NCBI GenBank assembly: GCA_002633005.1
Contig: NMRA01001181.1
Span: forward strand, 9,144 to 42,486
Length of the DNA: 33,343 nt
Reading direction: 5' to 3'
Origin: Phoronis australis
Taxonomy: Eukaryota > Animalia > Phoronida
The translations under genes and the position numbers were made by a program. The notes below the pieces were generated by a model, which did no database searches, had not been told where the DNA came from, and saw only the letters and a list, made by a program, of their open reading frames with translations. Positions 32,859 to 33,343 of this stretch are shown here, in pieces. Each line of letters opens with the position of its first letter. Position 1 is the stretch's first letter.

Positions 32859-33343
32859 AGGCGAAGGCAACCTTTTTTCATGTCATTTTGAGCTAAAATA
32901 AGGTTGGTTGGTTATCCTAGACATATTTTCCACTTAATTACAGATTTTCGTAATTTTATTAATTATTCGTCTGCTTTTCCGGAAGTGACGTTTTAGGAGG
33001 CAAGCATTTCGCGCCAATTTCTTTTCATATAGTCTGACTGTGAGAGCTGCCGAGTCAGTCATTGTTCTACCTCGGTTGTGTTAAGTTACGTCGTCGTTTG
33101 CTTTCATTTACTAGTCAGTCAGTATGCCACGCTGTTGCTGCGTACCGGAATGTACTAATTATAGTATCACGCGCACTTTGGGAGTACCTTAGCATCGCTT
33201 TCCGATGGATGACACACTTCGCCGTACTTGGCTCGTTCGTGTGAAGAACGCAGCGTTACCCGTCCACGCAACGTACAATGCAGTCGAGAATTACCGTGTG
33301 TGTGGCATGCACTTTCTGCCGTCCGATTACGAAAGGGATTTGT
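32859..33343 (+). mobile_element. Left end of a second Kolobok-like element (runs off the window)
   Basis: TTAA|AGG start, subterminal ggaagtgacgt motif, followed by a THAP ORF. Confidence 0.6.
33124..33343 (+). pseudogene. THAP domain with premature stop
   Basis: MPRCCCVPECTNYSITRTLGVP*HRFPMDDTLRRTWLVRVKN...YRVCGMHFLPSDYERDL; TAG at 33190-33192. Confidence 0.88.

Overview
AT-rich, repeat-dense animal (invertebrate-like) genomic DNA, not prokaryotic. The backbone is the 5' part of a spliced folylpolyglutamate synthase (FPGS) gene on the minus strand. I read six coding exons by hand, all GT-AG and phase-compatible: 23743-23826, 16382-16537, 11612-11730, 8136-8250, 4842-4981 and 2376-2478. The gene continues beyond the left edge. 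Exon 1 has a mitochondrial-leader-like N-terminus and a downstream in-frame ATG. Introns and upstream DNA carry: a complete but decayed Mag-like Ty3/Gypsy LTR retrotransposon (17422-21702); a complete TRIM with tRNA-like Pol III boxes in its LTRs (Helenus/TRIMp3-like, 24805-25342) plus a truncated copy; a long-TIR DNA element with a 62-bp sibling, sharing a triplicated 9-bp TSD; two THAP-bearing Kolobok-like elements; a Harbinger-like MITE; and several Helentron/HINE-like repeats. Two patterns stand out. (1) Tandem repeats are built from the FPGS splice junctions themselves, giving arrays of decoy donors and acceptors. (2) A dispersed repeat family deposits co-oriented, regularly spaced CTCF-consensus motifs in the introns. 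Family assignments rest on motif recognition and recalled literature; no database search was run.
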